Shown one piece after another: positions 20,697 through 29,078 of a stretch of DNA of 60,662 bases. This DNA comes from a virus. Taxonomy: Duplodnaviria; Caudoviricetes. The stretch lies in IMG/VR virus record IMGVR_UViG_3300011339_000240, positions 1 to 60,662 of that record. One strand, 5' to 3'. Numbering within the stretch: position 1 is the first letter of the stretch; each line of letters opens with the position of its first letter. The notes beneath the pieces are model-generated. The model did no database searches. It was not told where the DNA came from and was given only the letters and a program-made list of their open reading frames with translations. Both the position numbers and the translations under genes were made by a program.

Positions 20697-20699
20697 GAT

Positions 20700-20870
20700 T
20701 TACCCCGTTTTTTGGTTAGCTGCGCGGGACAGATTACGACCCATGCGCATACGGTCATCCGTAGTAGGGCCGCCTTTTTTCATGCCTTTGGCGTGCATAC
20801 GACTTTCGTGACCTTTGACCATTTTCTTGGCCTCAGTATCAGCAATTTGCTTTACTTTTTTCGTGTCCAT
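20700..20870 (-). CDS. Small basic protein (MDTKKVKQ...GMKKGGPT...), not in ORF track
   Basis: 56 aa with GGAG RBS; fills an operon gap. Confidence 0.7.
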   Translation of the reverse strand: MDTKKVKQIADTEAKKMVKGHESRMHAKGMKKGGPTTDDRMRMGRNLSRAANQKTG

Positions 20871-20879
20871 CATTCACTC

Positions 20880-21269
20880 CTATGAAACCGTTACCGTTAC
20901 CGTGCCAACACTTGTAATTCCAATTAAGTAGTTAGGCGTTAAAACTGTATCAAAAAAACTAGCTCCACCTACAGGATACCAGCCCCATTGAATATCCCGT
21001 GAACCTCCAGAGGCATACCCATTTACATTGTTACCCGAAGTTACATATGTTGTGTCTCTTCTTGGGTTACGAAGCGCCTGTGGGTCTTCTACTGGAAATG
21101 TACCAAGCATTAATTGCGGTTGATCTGGATCCCAGCATTCAGGGCAAACAAGTAGTTCATATTTCCGTTGCTTGATTATCTCTGTTTTTAGCTTCTTTAG
21201 CAGGAATTGTTGCCCACAGCGATCACATTCTGCAATCGCTTTTTTACCTGAGGCAAACCGATTAGACAT
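20880..21269 (-). CDS. Zn-ribbon structural/assembly protein
   Basis: CDRCG...CPECWDPDQPQL. Confidence 0.65.
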   Translation of the reverse strand: MSNRFASGKKAIAECDRCGQQFLLKKLKTEIIKQRKYELLVCPECWDPDQPQLMLGTFPVEDPQALRNPRRDTTYVTSGNNVNGYASGGSRDIQWGWYPVGGASFFDTVLTPNYLIGITSVGTVTVTVS

Positions 21270-22195
21270 TAAGAATTCCCGATAAACATTTGCCTTGGAA
21301 CAAAACGTATAGCTGCTTTCTCACGATCTTCATCTGCGGCTAATTGCCATGCTTCATCATATTGAGCTTTTAAAATTGGCAAACGCTCCATGCCGCCCGG
21401 TACTTTTTGGGCTACGTAATATGCCAGTCCTGCAATCATACAAGGCAAAAACCTAAATGGTACATCCATTGTATTTACGCCGCCACCAGCATCATTGACA
21501 CGGCGCATACGCCAGTAGACAAATTGGTAGGTTGTAGAGTTGTCCGGCGTAGGCCAAAGAGTTACCCTTGGAATATTCTGGATAGCTATTGCATCACCTG
21601 ATGTATGTGCGGCAGCGGTTGTATTGTTCTGACCACGGGCGCAGCTATATAGGGTATTCCCTGATATGTATCCGTAGTAAATGGTTTCAGTTCCTATTAG
21701 CAAGTAACCAGTAGCGGGCAAGTTGGCAGCAGACGTTACAGAAATTGTGGTGTCTGTAGCCGTAATAGTGGCGCTCAATGTAGTTATTGAAGCTGTAGTT
21801 TGCCCGTCAAGCCGCTGGAACCACATTTGAATTGGGCGGGCTTGCTGAAGTTTATTAGGTATCGTAGCGTAAGTACTAACACTAATTCGGGTAATGGTTA
21901 AGTCAGCCTGCGTAGACGCTGTATTAGCGCCGGTACGAATTACATGTTCTAGCAAGTCCACTGTGTCCGCAGGTACTGGATAAGTGTTTAGCCCCGGAAC
22001 TAAATTAATAGTCCCCTGCTCAAATGTCCACATATTGATACCACGGTTTGCCCAATCAGCAAACATGATATTCAAACTGCGCCGCGCAGTACGCATTTCG
22101 TAGCCCGTGCGTAACTCGGAACCTGCACGTTCAAATGCTTCCTCGACTATCTCACTCAAGTCAAGGTTGAAGGTAGAGGTTCCCGAAGTGGTCAT
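21269..22195 (-). CDS. Head-tail adaptor-like protein
   Basis: EEAFERAG, ARRSLN, WPTPD, DVPFRFLPC; contains an inserted beta-domain. Confidence 0.65.
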   Translation of the reverse strand: MTTSGTSTFNLDLSEIVEEAFERAGSELRTGYEMRTARRSLNIMFADWANRGINMWTFEQGTINLVPGLNTYPVPADTVDLLEHVIRTGANTASTQADLTITRISVSTYATIPNKLQQARPIQMWFQRLDGQTTASITTLSATITATDTTISVTSAANLPATGYLLIGTETIYYGYISGNTLYSCARGQNNTTAAAHTSGDAIAIQNIPRVTLWPTPDNSTTYQFVYWRMRRVNDAGGGVNTMDVPFRFLPCMIAGLAYYVAQKVPGGMERLPILKAQYDEAWQLAADEDREKAAIRFVPRQMFIGNS

Positions 22196-22452
22196 TATTT
22201 GTTCCTTGCGGCTCTCATATTATCCACGAGATTAGGGTAAGGCCGACCAGCAGCTTTAGCCATTTTCTTAGCTTTAGCTTTTTTACCAGCACTTAAAGCT
22301 TTAGGTGCGCCTAAATTTTTAGGACGGGGTTTATTCCACACTTCTCCGCCTTCAGCGTACTGCGTGAAATTAGTGTTGTCCCTGCGAGGCATTGTCTTGC
22401 CTTTGGGCATTTTGGAGGGAGAAATATCACCCATTCCGCGACTTGCTCTCAT
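22195..22452 (-). CDS. Small basic protein (YAEGG; AGRPYPNLVDN)
   Basis: 85 aa, in operon. Confidence 0.7.
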   Translation of the reverse strand: MRASRGMGDISPSKMPKGKTMPRRDNTNFTQYAEGGEVWNKPRPKNLGAPKALSAGKKAKAKKMAKAAGRPYPNLVDNMRAARNK

Positions 22453-22453
22453 A

Positions 22454-22714
22454 TCAGCACGCCTTGCCGCCGTAATTCATTCTAATCATCGTGCCTTTAG
22501 TTTTGCCACGTTCAGCACAACCATCAGCGCGTGAAGAAGCTGTTCCTCCAGCAGCCATTTTTTTAATGGGAGGATTTACAAAACCACGACCTGCACCTGC
22601 CGATGGAGGAGCTTCTTCTGTTGAAGTCATAGACTCCATGTATGGTTTTTCTGCTTTAGATGCTGCTGCATCTTTACGCATATTTTCAATTTCTTGTTTG
22701 GTTGGGCGTGTCAT
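22454..22714 (-). CDS. Small basic protein with RADG-GKTKG tag
   Basis: MAAGGTASSRADGCAERGKTKG. Confidence 0.75.
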   Translation of the reverse strand: MTRPTKQEIENMRKDAAASKAEKPYMESMTSTEEAPPSAGAGRGFVNPPIKKMAAGGTASSRADGCAERGKTKGTMIRMNYGGKAC

Positions 22715-22723
22715 AATTTATCC

Positions 22724-23191
22724 TTAACAAAACTTACCTTTGGTTTTACCACGTTGGGCAATACCATCAGCACGACTAGATGCAGTTCCGCCAGCCGCCA
22801 TACGAGTAGGCAACAATGTATTGGAGTTAACGCCCATAGCTTGTGCAATCTTATTGCTAGGACGGCTAACTGCAACACCTTTAGTCATTGAACTACGGCG
22901 ACCTTCATTGCTGTACGCAGGCATATCTTGTCCGGGGCGAGCAGGCCGTTTTGTTGAATTTGTCTCTTTACGGCGGGTTAAATTCTGCTGTTTATTTAGG
23001 TAATCCCGCAAACTCATACCGCCAAGCTCTTCCTTGGTAACTACTTTAGGTTTTTTAGCAGGCACAGCTTCTGAAGATTTTTTTTCTTCTGCATCAGGAC
23101 TAGCAAACTTTTCAGCCGCTGTCATTTGCGCTTCGTCATCAGCAGATACTTCGCTGCCATCTTCACCATCATAGCGTTTGGTTTTCATCAT
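22724..23191 (-). CDS. Low-complexity protein with RADG-GKTKG tag
   Basis: MAAGGTASSRADGIAQRGKTKGKFC. Confidence 0.75.
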   Translation of the reverse strand: MMKTKRYDGEDGSEVSADDEAQMTAAEKFASPDAEEKKSSEAVPAKKPKVVTKEELGGMSLRDYLNKQQNLTRRKETNSTKRPARPGQDMPAYSNEGRRSSMTKGVAVSRPSNKIAQAMGVNSNTLLPTRMAAGGTASSRADGIAQRGKTKGKFC

Positions 23192-23198
23192 ATATCCT

Positions 23199-24197
23199 TT
23201 AGCAGAGTTTGCCTTTAGTTTTGCCGCGCTGGGCTATACCGTCACCACGCCTAGAAGCAGAGCCGCCAGTAGACATTTTTTTAACCGAGCCACCTTTTTT
23301 AAGGTTTGCAATCCGCTCATCATTAGCTTTAAAAAATGATTTTTTATTTGGATCTTTTTTAAGCAGGCTTTCTAAACTATCACCATATAAATTAACACCA
23401 CGGCCTTGTTCCATAACAGTGCCTTGACCGCGAGGACGTTTAGTAGGAACTGATCCCCCCGGCTGGCCTTGCGTATTAGGCATTAGTACCCTTGAAGGCG
23501 CGTTAGATGATCCGGGAGGGGGGGTTGATTTACCGCGAGTTTTAGCATTAAGGTAATCGCGCAAATTCATACCAGAAGCAGCAAGCTCTTCTTTGGTGAC
23601 TATTGGGGCCGCAGAAGTTACTACTCCAGATGTTTTTTGTCCGGGGCGCGTAGGCATACGCATACCTTTGAAGTCATCCCTCTCGCTGCGTTTATACACT
23701 TCAGTATCCGGCACGCCCATAGCGTTAGGAGTTATTTCACTATCACCGGCATTGCGTCGGCCCATACCCGCATTTATATCAACTCCGCGCCCAGCATCTC
23801 TTCGGTCTACGCCCGCATTCATATCAACGCCACGACCTGCATCTCTTCGGCCTACGCCAGCGTTCATATCAACAGGAGCTCTATCCACAGGAGTCCTAGC
23901 TACAGGAGCCGGTGCTTGCGTCCTACCTCGGCCTTCATTACTATAGTTAGGGTTATTTGCAAGCGCACGACCTAACCCAGCTCCATACTTGTTATAAGCA
24001 ACTGAACCGGGCTGGTCAAGGTTGCCCTCAAAAAGCCTGCCTAAAGATTCAAGAATACCCTGCTTAGGGGCGTTTCTCATTGCCTCATTACTTGCAGCTA
24101 AACCCGCACGTTTATATGCTTCCTCTTGCGGATCAAGAGGTTCTGGATCAGCATCATCATAATTTCTGGAACGCGGCATACTAGTACTCCTTAACAA
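23199..24197 (-). CDS. Low-complexity protein with RGDG-GKTKG tag and 15-aa repeats
   Basis: MSTGGSASRRGDGIAQRGKTKGKLC. Confidence 0.75.
   Translation of the reverse strand: MLRSTSMPRSRNYDDADPEPLDPQEEAYKRAGLAASNEAMRNAPKQGILESLGRLFEGNLDQPGSVAYNKYGAGLGRALANNPNYSNEGRGRTQAPAPVARTPVDRAPVDMNAGVGRRDAGRGVDMNAGVDRRDAGRGVDINAGMGRRNAGDSEITPNAMGVPDTEVYKRSERDDFKGMRMPTRPGQKTSGVVTSAAPIVTKEELAASGMNLRDYLNAKTRGKSTPPPGSSNAPSRVLMPNTQGQPGGSVPTKRPRGQGTVMEQGRGVNLYGDSLESLLKKDPNKKSFFKANDERIANLKKGGSVKKMSTGGSASRRGDGIAQRGKTKGKLC
23746..23873 (-). repeat. About three 45-bp coding tandem repeats (VDMNAGVGRRDAGRG)
   Basis: Seen in DNA and protein. Confidence 0.9.
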
Positions 24198-24547
24198 CCA
24201 CGGGCCATGCCGCCCTTTTTCATTACAACTTGAGCAGCTTGAGTTTTGCCTTTTTTAGCAATGCCATCAGCAGCACGGGTAAACCCGCCTTTTTTCATGC
24301 CTTTGGCTTCTGCCATTTCATGTTTTATCATAGAAGCAGGAGCGCCTTTTTTCTTCATAAAGCTTACTTCTTTTTTCATCATCGCTTTAGATTCAGCCAT
24401 ATCACCACCTTGTTTAAAAGTTTTGCCTTTATCGGCTTTATTAAAATCTTGCCCCACGGACTGTGGAACTCCTACTTTCTTAGCAAACGATGGCGAGTGA
24501 GCTATCGCAGCCATGAAATTATGTTGTTTTTTACTAACCGATGGCAC
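24191..24547 (-). CDS. Small basic protein with multiple KxGG motifs
   Basis: FKQGG, MKKGG twice, RAADGIAKKGKT. Confidence 0.75.
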   Translation of the reverse strand: MPSVSKKQHNFMAAIAHSPSFAKKVGVPQSVGQDFNKADKGKTFKQGGDMAESKAMMKKEVSFMKKKGAPASMIKHEMAEAKGMKKGGFTRAADGIAKKGKTQAAQVVMKKGGMARGC

Positions 24548-24782
24548 TTCTTTGCTCCCTCATAAATGTATCTAACTTTTCATCCATACGATCAAGTCGA
24601 GCTATTACACGGTTAATGTCTGCGTGCATATCATTCTTGGTAACAAACTTTTCTGCGTTTTCTTCACGAGTCTTACTCAAAAGAATGCCCAAACGCTTTA
24701 CCTCGTCATGCGAAACCTTTACCCACAACAGCAAAGCCGCTGATAGAAAAGATAAAAAAACATTCCATATTGGCAGTTCCAT
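24534..24782 (-). CDS. Single-TM coiled-coil protein
   Basis: N-terminal hydrophobic helix. Confidence 0.6.
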   Translation of the reverse strand: MELPIWNVFLSFLSAALLLWVKVSHDEVKRLGILLSKTREENAEKFVTKNDMHADINRVIARLDRMDEKLDTFMREQRSAIG

Positions 24783-25333
24783 TACAAATACCGGCCTTTA
24801 GTTTTACCGCGTTGGGCGCATCCATCAGCACGGCTAGAAGCACTAGATACTTTACCGCCTTTTTTCATACCAAAGTCACCTTCTGAATACCGGGGCTGAA
24901 ACTTGTCTGAAGTGCTTAAATCATCAGATTTTTCGGCTTTTTCTTTTGCTCGTGGACTAAGTTCTACTTTATCCCGCATGTTCACGATTTTATCTACTAC
25001 GTCACCAAGCCCAGACTTTTCAACAATCTTCTTGCCTATGCCGGTTTTTTCGTCAATTGCACGACCACCCAAATAACCAAGCTCTAAAGCTAAACTACCA
25101 AGTCCAGCACGACCTCCAGTACGGGTTGTACCCCTACCACCAGCTTCTTGCACTTGTCTCCGATTTTGTGGGCGTGTCTCAGAAGTATCCAATCCGCGAC
25201 GAATACGTTCTATATCTGCCCTTTGAGATTCAAGCACATCCTCACGCAGGTTTGGCATAAGATCTCTAGCATTGGTTTGCCCCGGAGAACGATAGTCATA
25301 TCCGGGTATTGCTGGTTTATTTAGGCGACCCAT
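24782..25333 (-). CDS. Protein with RADG-GKTKG tag
   Basis: MKKGGKVSSASSRADGCAQRGKTKG. Confidence 0.75.
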   Translation of the reverse strand: MGRLNKPAIPGYDYRSPGQTNARDLMPNLREDVLESQRADIERIRRGLDTSETRPQNRRQVQEAGGRGTTRTGGRAGLGSLALELGYLGGRAIDEKTGIGKKIVEKSGLGDVVDKIVNMRDKVELSPRAKEKAEKSDDLSTSDKFQPRYSEGDFGMKKGGKVSSASSRADGCAQRGKTKGRYL

Positions 25334-25342
25334 GATCTACTC

Positions 25343-25588
25343 CTAGCAGTTCCAAGCCTTCAGGCTTTTATTGATACGGGAATTCGGGTCTTTCGCCGTC
25401 TTCTCGCTGGTAAGTTTCTTCTTCATCCCAGTCATCCTTGCGCAAAAAGAGTCGCGCCTGCTGCCGCCTTCTGGCTGGGGCGGTTTCAAGTTCATACCTT
25501 GCGCTTTTGCCGAGGCGCGGCCCTTGGCGTTCAATCCGCCCTTGGGGTTTTTGCCTTCCTTGCGTGTCCATGCTGGTGACTTAGCCAT
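25343..25588 (-). CDS. Small basic protein
   Basis: GGLNAKGRAS, RRDSFCARM, SLKAWNC. Confidence 0.7.
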   Translation of the reverse strand: MAKSPAWTRKEGKNPKGGLNAKGRASAKAQGMNLKPPQPEGGSRRDSFCARMTGMKKKLTSEKTAKDPNSRINKSLKAWNC

Positions 25589-26324
25589 TTGCTACTTTAA
25601 GTTTAAGCCGTGCATGCTCTTTTAAAAGCGGCTGCAAAGCATCTTGTTCAAAGTTACGGGTAAATTCTTTTGAGCCTATATGTGGCAAACTAATCATTGG
25701 ATCTAGATAAATCTTAAACCCTTCTTCGCGGGCGCGGCGACAGAATGCGTAGTCTTCTCCAATGTACTTGCCATCAATTAACAAAAAGTCAAAGATAGCG
25801 TATTCAGTCTCGCCATCACCATCCCCCTCATACTTCCACTCAGGATGTTTTTCTATCATGTGGTCAATCACATGGCGGCGAATAAGCATAAAGCCTGTGG
25901 GCGCGCTCTCAACCCGCATTAAGCCATTTTCGTCAAACTCTAGTTGATGATCTTCATCTAAATAGAAATCAAGGAAAAACTTAGCGTCATCTGCACGGCG
26001 CGGATAAGTACCAGCAACTACATCTTTGTCTGTAGATAGGGCCAACAACCTAGTTACAGCTTCTACGTTAATAACCACATCTGCGTCTACAAAAAGTAAA
26101 TCGGTGCAGTCGGATTCCGTAAAGCTACGTACTAATTTATTGCGCGCCTTGGAAATAATAGAGCAGCCAGACAGGTGAGTCAGATGAATCTGAACGCCCA
26201 TTTTGTCCAACTTGGGAACGAGTTGAGCTATAGCAAAGGCAGTCCTGATATTGACCTTGCCGTCATAACACGGGATAGCAAGCATAAGCTTGCGTCCCAC
26301 CAAGTTGAAGCTCTTATCAGCCAT
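25581..26324 (-). CDS. GT-A fold glycosyltransferase-like protein
   Basis: AIPCY, ARNKLV, LLFVDAD (DxD), TGFMLIRR, GEDYAFC, LPHIG. Confidence 0.8.
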   Translation of the reverse strand: MADKSFNLVGRKLMLAIPCYDGKVNIRTAFAIAQLVPKLDKMGVQIHLTHLSGCSIISKARNKLVRSFTESDCTDLLFVDADVVINVEAVTRLLALSTDKDVVAGTYPRRADDAKFFLDFYLDEDHQLEFDENGLMRVESAPTGFMLIRRHVIDHMIEKHPEWKYEGDGDGETEYAIFDFLLIDGKYIGEDYAFCRRAREEGFKIYLDPMISLPHIGSKEFTRNFEQDALQPLLKEHARLKLKVANG

Positions 26325-26820
26325 AGTACACGTTGGCAGAGGTTATGTTGCTCATGCTCAAGTAGATGCCGTTTTTAACCAGCATCCCTTCGCCGGGAAT
26401 TAACGCAAAATTACCAAACAAATCACCTGCGCCAATATCGTAGCTGGCAAGCCACAGTGATGCGTATACGGCTACAGTTCCGCCCGCAATAGTTCCAGAA
26501 TTAATATCTGTAACGGTGAACGTGTCTGCGGTTAAACGTGTGATTGAGTAGTTTCCGTTCGTACCAGATGCCCCGCTTGCTGTTGCAAAAGCAATACCAA
26601 CTACGTCACCAGTAACTAAACCGTGAGCTACCTTTGTAACCGTAATAAGAGTCGTAGTCCTTGCGTATGTGGCAGAAACAGGCGCTGTAGTAGTATCAAA
26701 AATATCCAGTGTCCCCGCCGTAGCTGTTCCAACCATAGAAACAGCTTTGAGCCTATTCCGCCCTAAAACAACAAAACCAGAGTTGTTAAGGTGTCCCGCT
26801 TTAACATCTGTTTGCATCAT
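26317..26820 (-). CDS. Structural (decoration-like) protein
   Basis: MMQTDVKA, IPGEGML; AHGLVTGD insert. Confidence 0.6.
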   Translation of the reverse strand: MMQTDVKAGHLNNSGFVVLGRNRLKAVSMVGTATAGTLDIFDTTTAPVSATYARTTTLITVTKVAHGLVTGDVVGIAFATASGASGTNGNYSITRLTADTFTVTDINSGTIAGGTVAVYASLWLASYDIGAGDLFGNFALIPGEGMLVKNGIYLSMSNITSANVYYG

Positions 26821-26834
26821 AATCAATCTCCTAT

Positions 26835-26856
26835 AAAACAGGGGCCGAAGCCCCTG
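26835..26856 (-). terminator. Rho-independent terminator
   Basis: CAGGGGC-TTCG-GCCCCTG-TTTT. Confidence 0.75.
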
Positions 26857-26863
26857 AGATTAA

Positions 26864-27361
26864 TTAAGCAGACGCTGGGTTAGCAGAACCGTCAGAGTCA
26901 CGCACAATGTACTCAACAGTAACGGTAATCGTACCGGCAGTAGCATCGGCAGTAGCTGCGGTAAACGTACCGTAAATGATTGCATCAGTTGTTCCAATGC
27001 TGTCATAAACACCTGAAGTAGCCGCTGCAATGGTGGCTGGAGAAGTTTGAACCGCCGAAGTGCCGGTGTTAACCGAAGCCATGTACAAGTTGGCAGTGCC
27101 GCTGCTACCGATGGTAACGCCGCAGTTTGTTGCGCCAGTCAGGGCAACATTAACTTCTAGGCCAAAACGAAGAATCTTAGCGCCAGCAGGCAGAGTAAAC
27201 ATCTGTTGTGCTGCGGGGGTTGCCAAAATAACCGAAGCAGGGGCCGTATAAGTTTGGGCAACAGTAGTTGCGCCCATGTTACGGATCGTGCCAGCAGTCG
27301 TGCCAGTGGTGTTTTTAACAGTGCCGAGCAGCCAAGGGCCGAGATGAGTTGCGAATCCCAT
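26864..27361 (-). CDS. Capsid decoration-like protein
   Basis: MGFATHLGPW start behind TAAGGA RBS; LPAGAKI beta-sandwich; follows the MCP gene. Confidence 0.65.
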   Translation of the reverse strand: MGFATHLGPWLLGTVKNTTGTTAGTIRNMGATTVAQTYTAPASVILATPAAQQMFTLPAGAKILRFGLEVNVALTGATNCGVTIGSSGTANLYMASVNTGTSAVQTSPATIAAATSGVYDSIGTTDAIIYGTFTAATADATAGTITVTVEYIVRDSDGSANPASA

Positions 27362-27371
27362 GATAAATATC

Positions 27372-27445
27372 CTTACATACAAGTTAAGTACATCAATCGG
27401 TATGTCGTCAGCCGGGACTGTTTGATGTACCGGAAAGCCCGGATT
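27372..27445 (-). ncRNA. Pseudoknotted RNA downstream of gpT-like MCP (possibly the Mu-gpT-DE motif)
   Basis: Interleaved stems CCGGG/CCCGG, GTACATCAA/TTGATGTAC, ACATAC/GTATGT; family assignment from recalled genomic context only. Confidence 0.55.
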
Positions 27446-27451
27446 AGCTGC

Positions 27452-27481
27452 AATATATCACAGTTTTTAACGGCTGTGCAA
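27452..27481 (-). promoter_or_regulatory. Sigma70-like promoter
   Basis: TTGCAC-N18-TATATT with extended TG. Confidence 0.5.
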
Positions 27482-27483
27482 AT

Positions 27484-27507
27484 AAAAAGGGCCCCCGAAG
27501 GAGCCCT
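27484..27507 (-). terminator. Rho-independent terminator after MCP
   Basis: AGGGCTCC-TTCG-GGGGCCCT-TTTT. Confidence 0.8.
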
Positions 27508-27542
27508 AGTAGGAGGATAGTTAAATCTTCCTTGTTATCCAA

Positions 27543-28451
27543 TTAGGAGCCCGGCGAACCGAAGATACCCAGAGGATCAGACACGCCGAAGCTGTAACGC
27601 TCACGAGCCTTGTAACGCACGTTACCGGTATCAAAATCGCCGTCCATGCTGTTAGCCAGCGGGGTGCGGACAAAATGCTTCAAACCGTTAGGTACGTCAG
27701 TGGTCAAGAACCAGCCATTAGTGTCGGTCAAGAAGTGGTTAACAGTGTAACCACCGGGGATCGAACCATTGTTCTTCAATGCGTTGATATCGTTGTCGGT
27801 AGTGCCAACACGGAGGCTGGTTTCCAACAGACGGGTAGCAACGAACATCAGAGATGGAGGAACAACCAACTTAGCTGGCTTAGCTGCAATCAGCAAACCG
27901 CGCTCGTCTGTCCAACCAGCGATCTGAATAACTGCGTTTTCCAACGAAGTCTCATTCAAGTCAGCGCCGGTAGAAGGACGATTGCTGTTAGTGCCGCCAG
28001 AAATCAGCGGGTGTGCTGTTGAGCATAAAGACACGCCGTCACCATAAGTAACGGTAGTGGTAAATGCATTGTTCAACACATAAGCTGCTTTGACTTGCTT
28101 GGTGTAAGCCATACCACGAGCCAGCGCCTTGGTGTAACGAGCAGACAGTGAGTCATACAAGTTATCTTCCACAGCCTCTTCCGTAATGGAAAAACCTAGG
28201 GCAATGGTTTCATGGTTGTAACGAGCAGTCCATGCTTCCTGTGCATTGTCGTATTGAATGGCAGAGCCTTCATTTTTAACAGGTGCAGCATTAAAGCCAG
28301 ACAGTTTCGTTTCTTCTTCAAAGCTACGTTCCGAGGTTTCAGTTTCGTAGATTTCTTTATGCTCTTCGCCGTATTTAGCGTACTCCAGACCAAACAAAGC
28401 ATTCAGTCCGGGGAGCAGTTCTTTAAGTAGTTGTGCGCGTGAAATAGCCAT
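27543..28451 (-). CDS. Major capsid protein (Mu gpT-like family)
   Basis: MAISRAQLLKELLPGLNALFG, GDFDTGNVRYKARERYSFG; followed by a terminator. Confidence 0.9.
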   Translation of the reverse strand: MAISRAQLLKELLPGLNALFGLEYAKYGEEHKEIYETETSERSFEEETKLSGFNAAPVKNEGSAIQYDNAQEAWTARYNHETIALGFSITEEAVEDNLYDSLSARYTKALARGMAYTKQVKAAYVLNNAFTTTVTYGDGVSLCSTAHPLISGGTNSNRPSTGADLNETSLENAVIQIAGWTDERGLLIAAKPAKLVVPPSLMFVATRLLETSLRVGTTDNDINALKNNGSIPGGYTVNHFLTDTNGWFLTTDVPNGLKHFVRTPLANSMDGDFDTGNVRYKARERYSFGVSDPLGIFGSPGS

Positions 28452-28461
28452 GATTTACTCC

Positions 28462-29061
28462 TTAAACACCAGTGGTGTTGTTATATTGGTGAGTGTTGAT
28501 CTTCACCAATAGTTCGGTGTAGGTATCGGCTGCGGTAGCAGTTTCAGGCACTACGTCGATAACACGGATTGGGATAGTCGCGGTAGTGCCAGCGCCGGTA
28601 GTGGTAACTCCATACGCGGAATCACCAGTGGTGGTGTTACCGGTATTCAATACCAAAGCCAAGTTGGAACCAACCACAGCGCGACCTGCGGAACTCATGG
28701 TTGTTGCGCCAACTGCAACTACAGCAACCTTAAACAGGGCCATAGGATCATCAACAACATACGCATAAGCAAGGTTAGTAGACGTAGAAATCGAAGCAGG
28801 CAGATATTGGCCCTGAACGGTTTGACCGCTAGAGTTTACATACTGACCGCCAAGACAAACGCCAACCACTGCACCAGAGTTAGTAGTGGTAGAGAGAATC
28901 AGGTAACCATCGCTATTGATTTGCACGGTATCGCCATTGAAAATAGCAGTACCAAAACCAGCAGCTACGGGAATCTGACGAATAGCACCGGCATAAGGCA
29001 GGCCGTCAACTCGGTTGACAGGCTTTAGACCATATGGGGCGCTAACTGTAGGATAAGCCAT
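28462..29061 (-). CDS. Capsid-associated (cement/decoration) protein
   Basis: APYGLKPV, IFNGD, VVDDP; directly upstream of MCP. Confidence 0.65.
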   Translation of the reverse strand: MAYPTVSAPYGLKPVNRVDGLPYAGAIRQIPVAAGFGTAIFNGDTVQINSDGYLILSTTTNSGAVVGVCLGGQYVNSSGQTVQGQYLPASISTSTNLAYAYVVDDPMALFKVAVVAVGATTMSSAGRAVVGSNLALVLNTGNTTTGDSAYGVTTTGAGTTATIPIRVIDVVPETATAADTYTELLVKINTHQYNNTTGV

Positions 29062-29078
29062 AGTTAAACTCCAAAAAA

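Noticed and set aside
23746-23873. CRISPR-like array
   Set aside because: Tandem in-frame coding repeats with no unique spacers
27375-27412. Hammerhead ribozyme (CTGACGA on the minus strand)
   Set aside because: No correctly placed GAAA core or stem III/cleavage triplet
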